Part shown: piece after piece, positions 63,321 to 64,000 of the stretch | How positions within the stretch are numbered: position 1 is the stretch's first letter | Layout of the letters: each line of letters begins with the position of its first letter | From: Camelus ferus | Taxonomy: Eukaryota | NCBI RefSeq assembly: GCF_009834535.1 | Contig: NC_045699.1 | Location: 40,486,001 to 40,550,000, forward strand | Reading direction: 5' to 3' | DNA: 64,000 nt | The notes under the pieces: generated by a model | The model's database searches: none | Seen by the model: the letters and a program-made list of their open reading frames with translations, nothing else | Told to the model about the DNA's origin: nothing | Program-made: the position numbers and the translations under genes

Positions 63321-64000
63321 CTGTGTTTCCCAGGGCCACTTTTCAGTCTCTAATCATCTGATTTAAAGAAATCATGATAATCAAGCTCCTAAAAAAAGGG
63401 AGGGAAGGGGAATAAAAATTAAGGTTGATCACAGTGCTATTAAGCTAAATATTTGAGACAGAAATTTTAAAGTTTATAAGAGATGTTGTGTAAAATTTTA
63501 AGATGAACTAAATGAGTCTGAAAAGTAAAACACAGAGCATGGGAAAAATCTGGAAAAGATATAGGAAAGGTTGCAGCTTTAACTATAATTCTAAAATGCC
63601 TATTTTTCTTTTCTCTGTGACTTTTTCAAGTCATTCTTAAATTATTCTTACTAGACACTGACTGCTCTTCTTAAACGTGTGCCTTTGAGTAATACCTGTT
63701 CAGCCTATTACGAGGGCAAATTCTAGCTCTGATGATTATTTTCTTGACAAACAACCACTCGATATCTAATAGATACTATGCATAATGGTTTTACTGATTA
63801 AAAACTGGATTCTTGCAAAGTAGCCACTTGAGGAGCAAAGTTGATAGAGTGAGATTCAACAGAAAGATTTGGGATATGTCTATAAACACATCAGATCAGA
63901 AAAATCTTATCTGATCAGTTCACTCAGGTTGAACTTAATTCTACCCTTTGGGTTCTGCTGTGTTGCCGGACTTGAAAAATCCTGGTTAGACGAATTTCAC

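Overview
Mammalian (almost certainly camelid: three Vic-1-type tRNA-Ala-derived SINEs) genomic DNA lying entirely inside the GNAQ gene (G-protein alpha-q) on the minus strand. The only protein-coding sequence I can support is one 155-bp internal exon (7895->7741, canonical AG/GT boundaries) encoding [51 protein letters not shown](Y), i.e. GNAQ exon 3 (residues ~108-159); the supplied ORF track misses it. The rest is intron 3 (1-7740) and a >56-kb part of intron 2 (7896-64000), filled with ordinary eutherian repeats (MIR, L2, old and young L1 3' ends, MER2/MER5/MER20/MER58/MER94 MITEs, an MLT1D LTR, a decayed Zaphod-type hAT transposase) plus a 148-N assembly gap. I found no evidence for a novel multi-component biological system. 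The items most worth checking are: a poly(A)-tailed ~280-bp insert between 44-bp direct repeats, a 34-bp dispersed direct repeat, two recursive-splice-site-like AG|GT motifs (one created in a MIR), a candidate in-frame 42-nt cassette exon/44-aa charged sORF 3.3 kb upstream of exon 3, and inverted SINEs flanking the exon. Repeat family names come from recalled consensus sequences (no search run) and repeat boundaries are approximate (+/-20-50 bp unless TIRs/TSDs are given).
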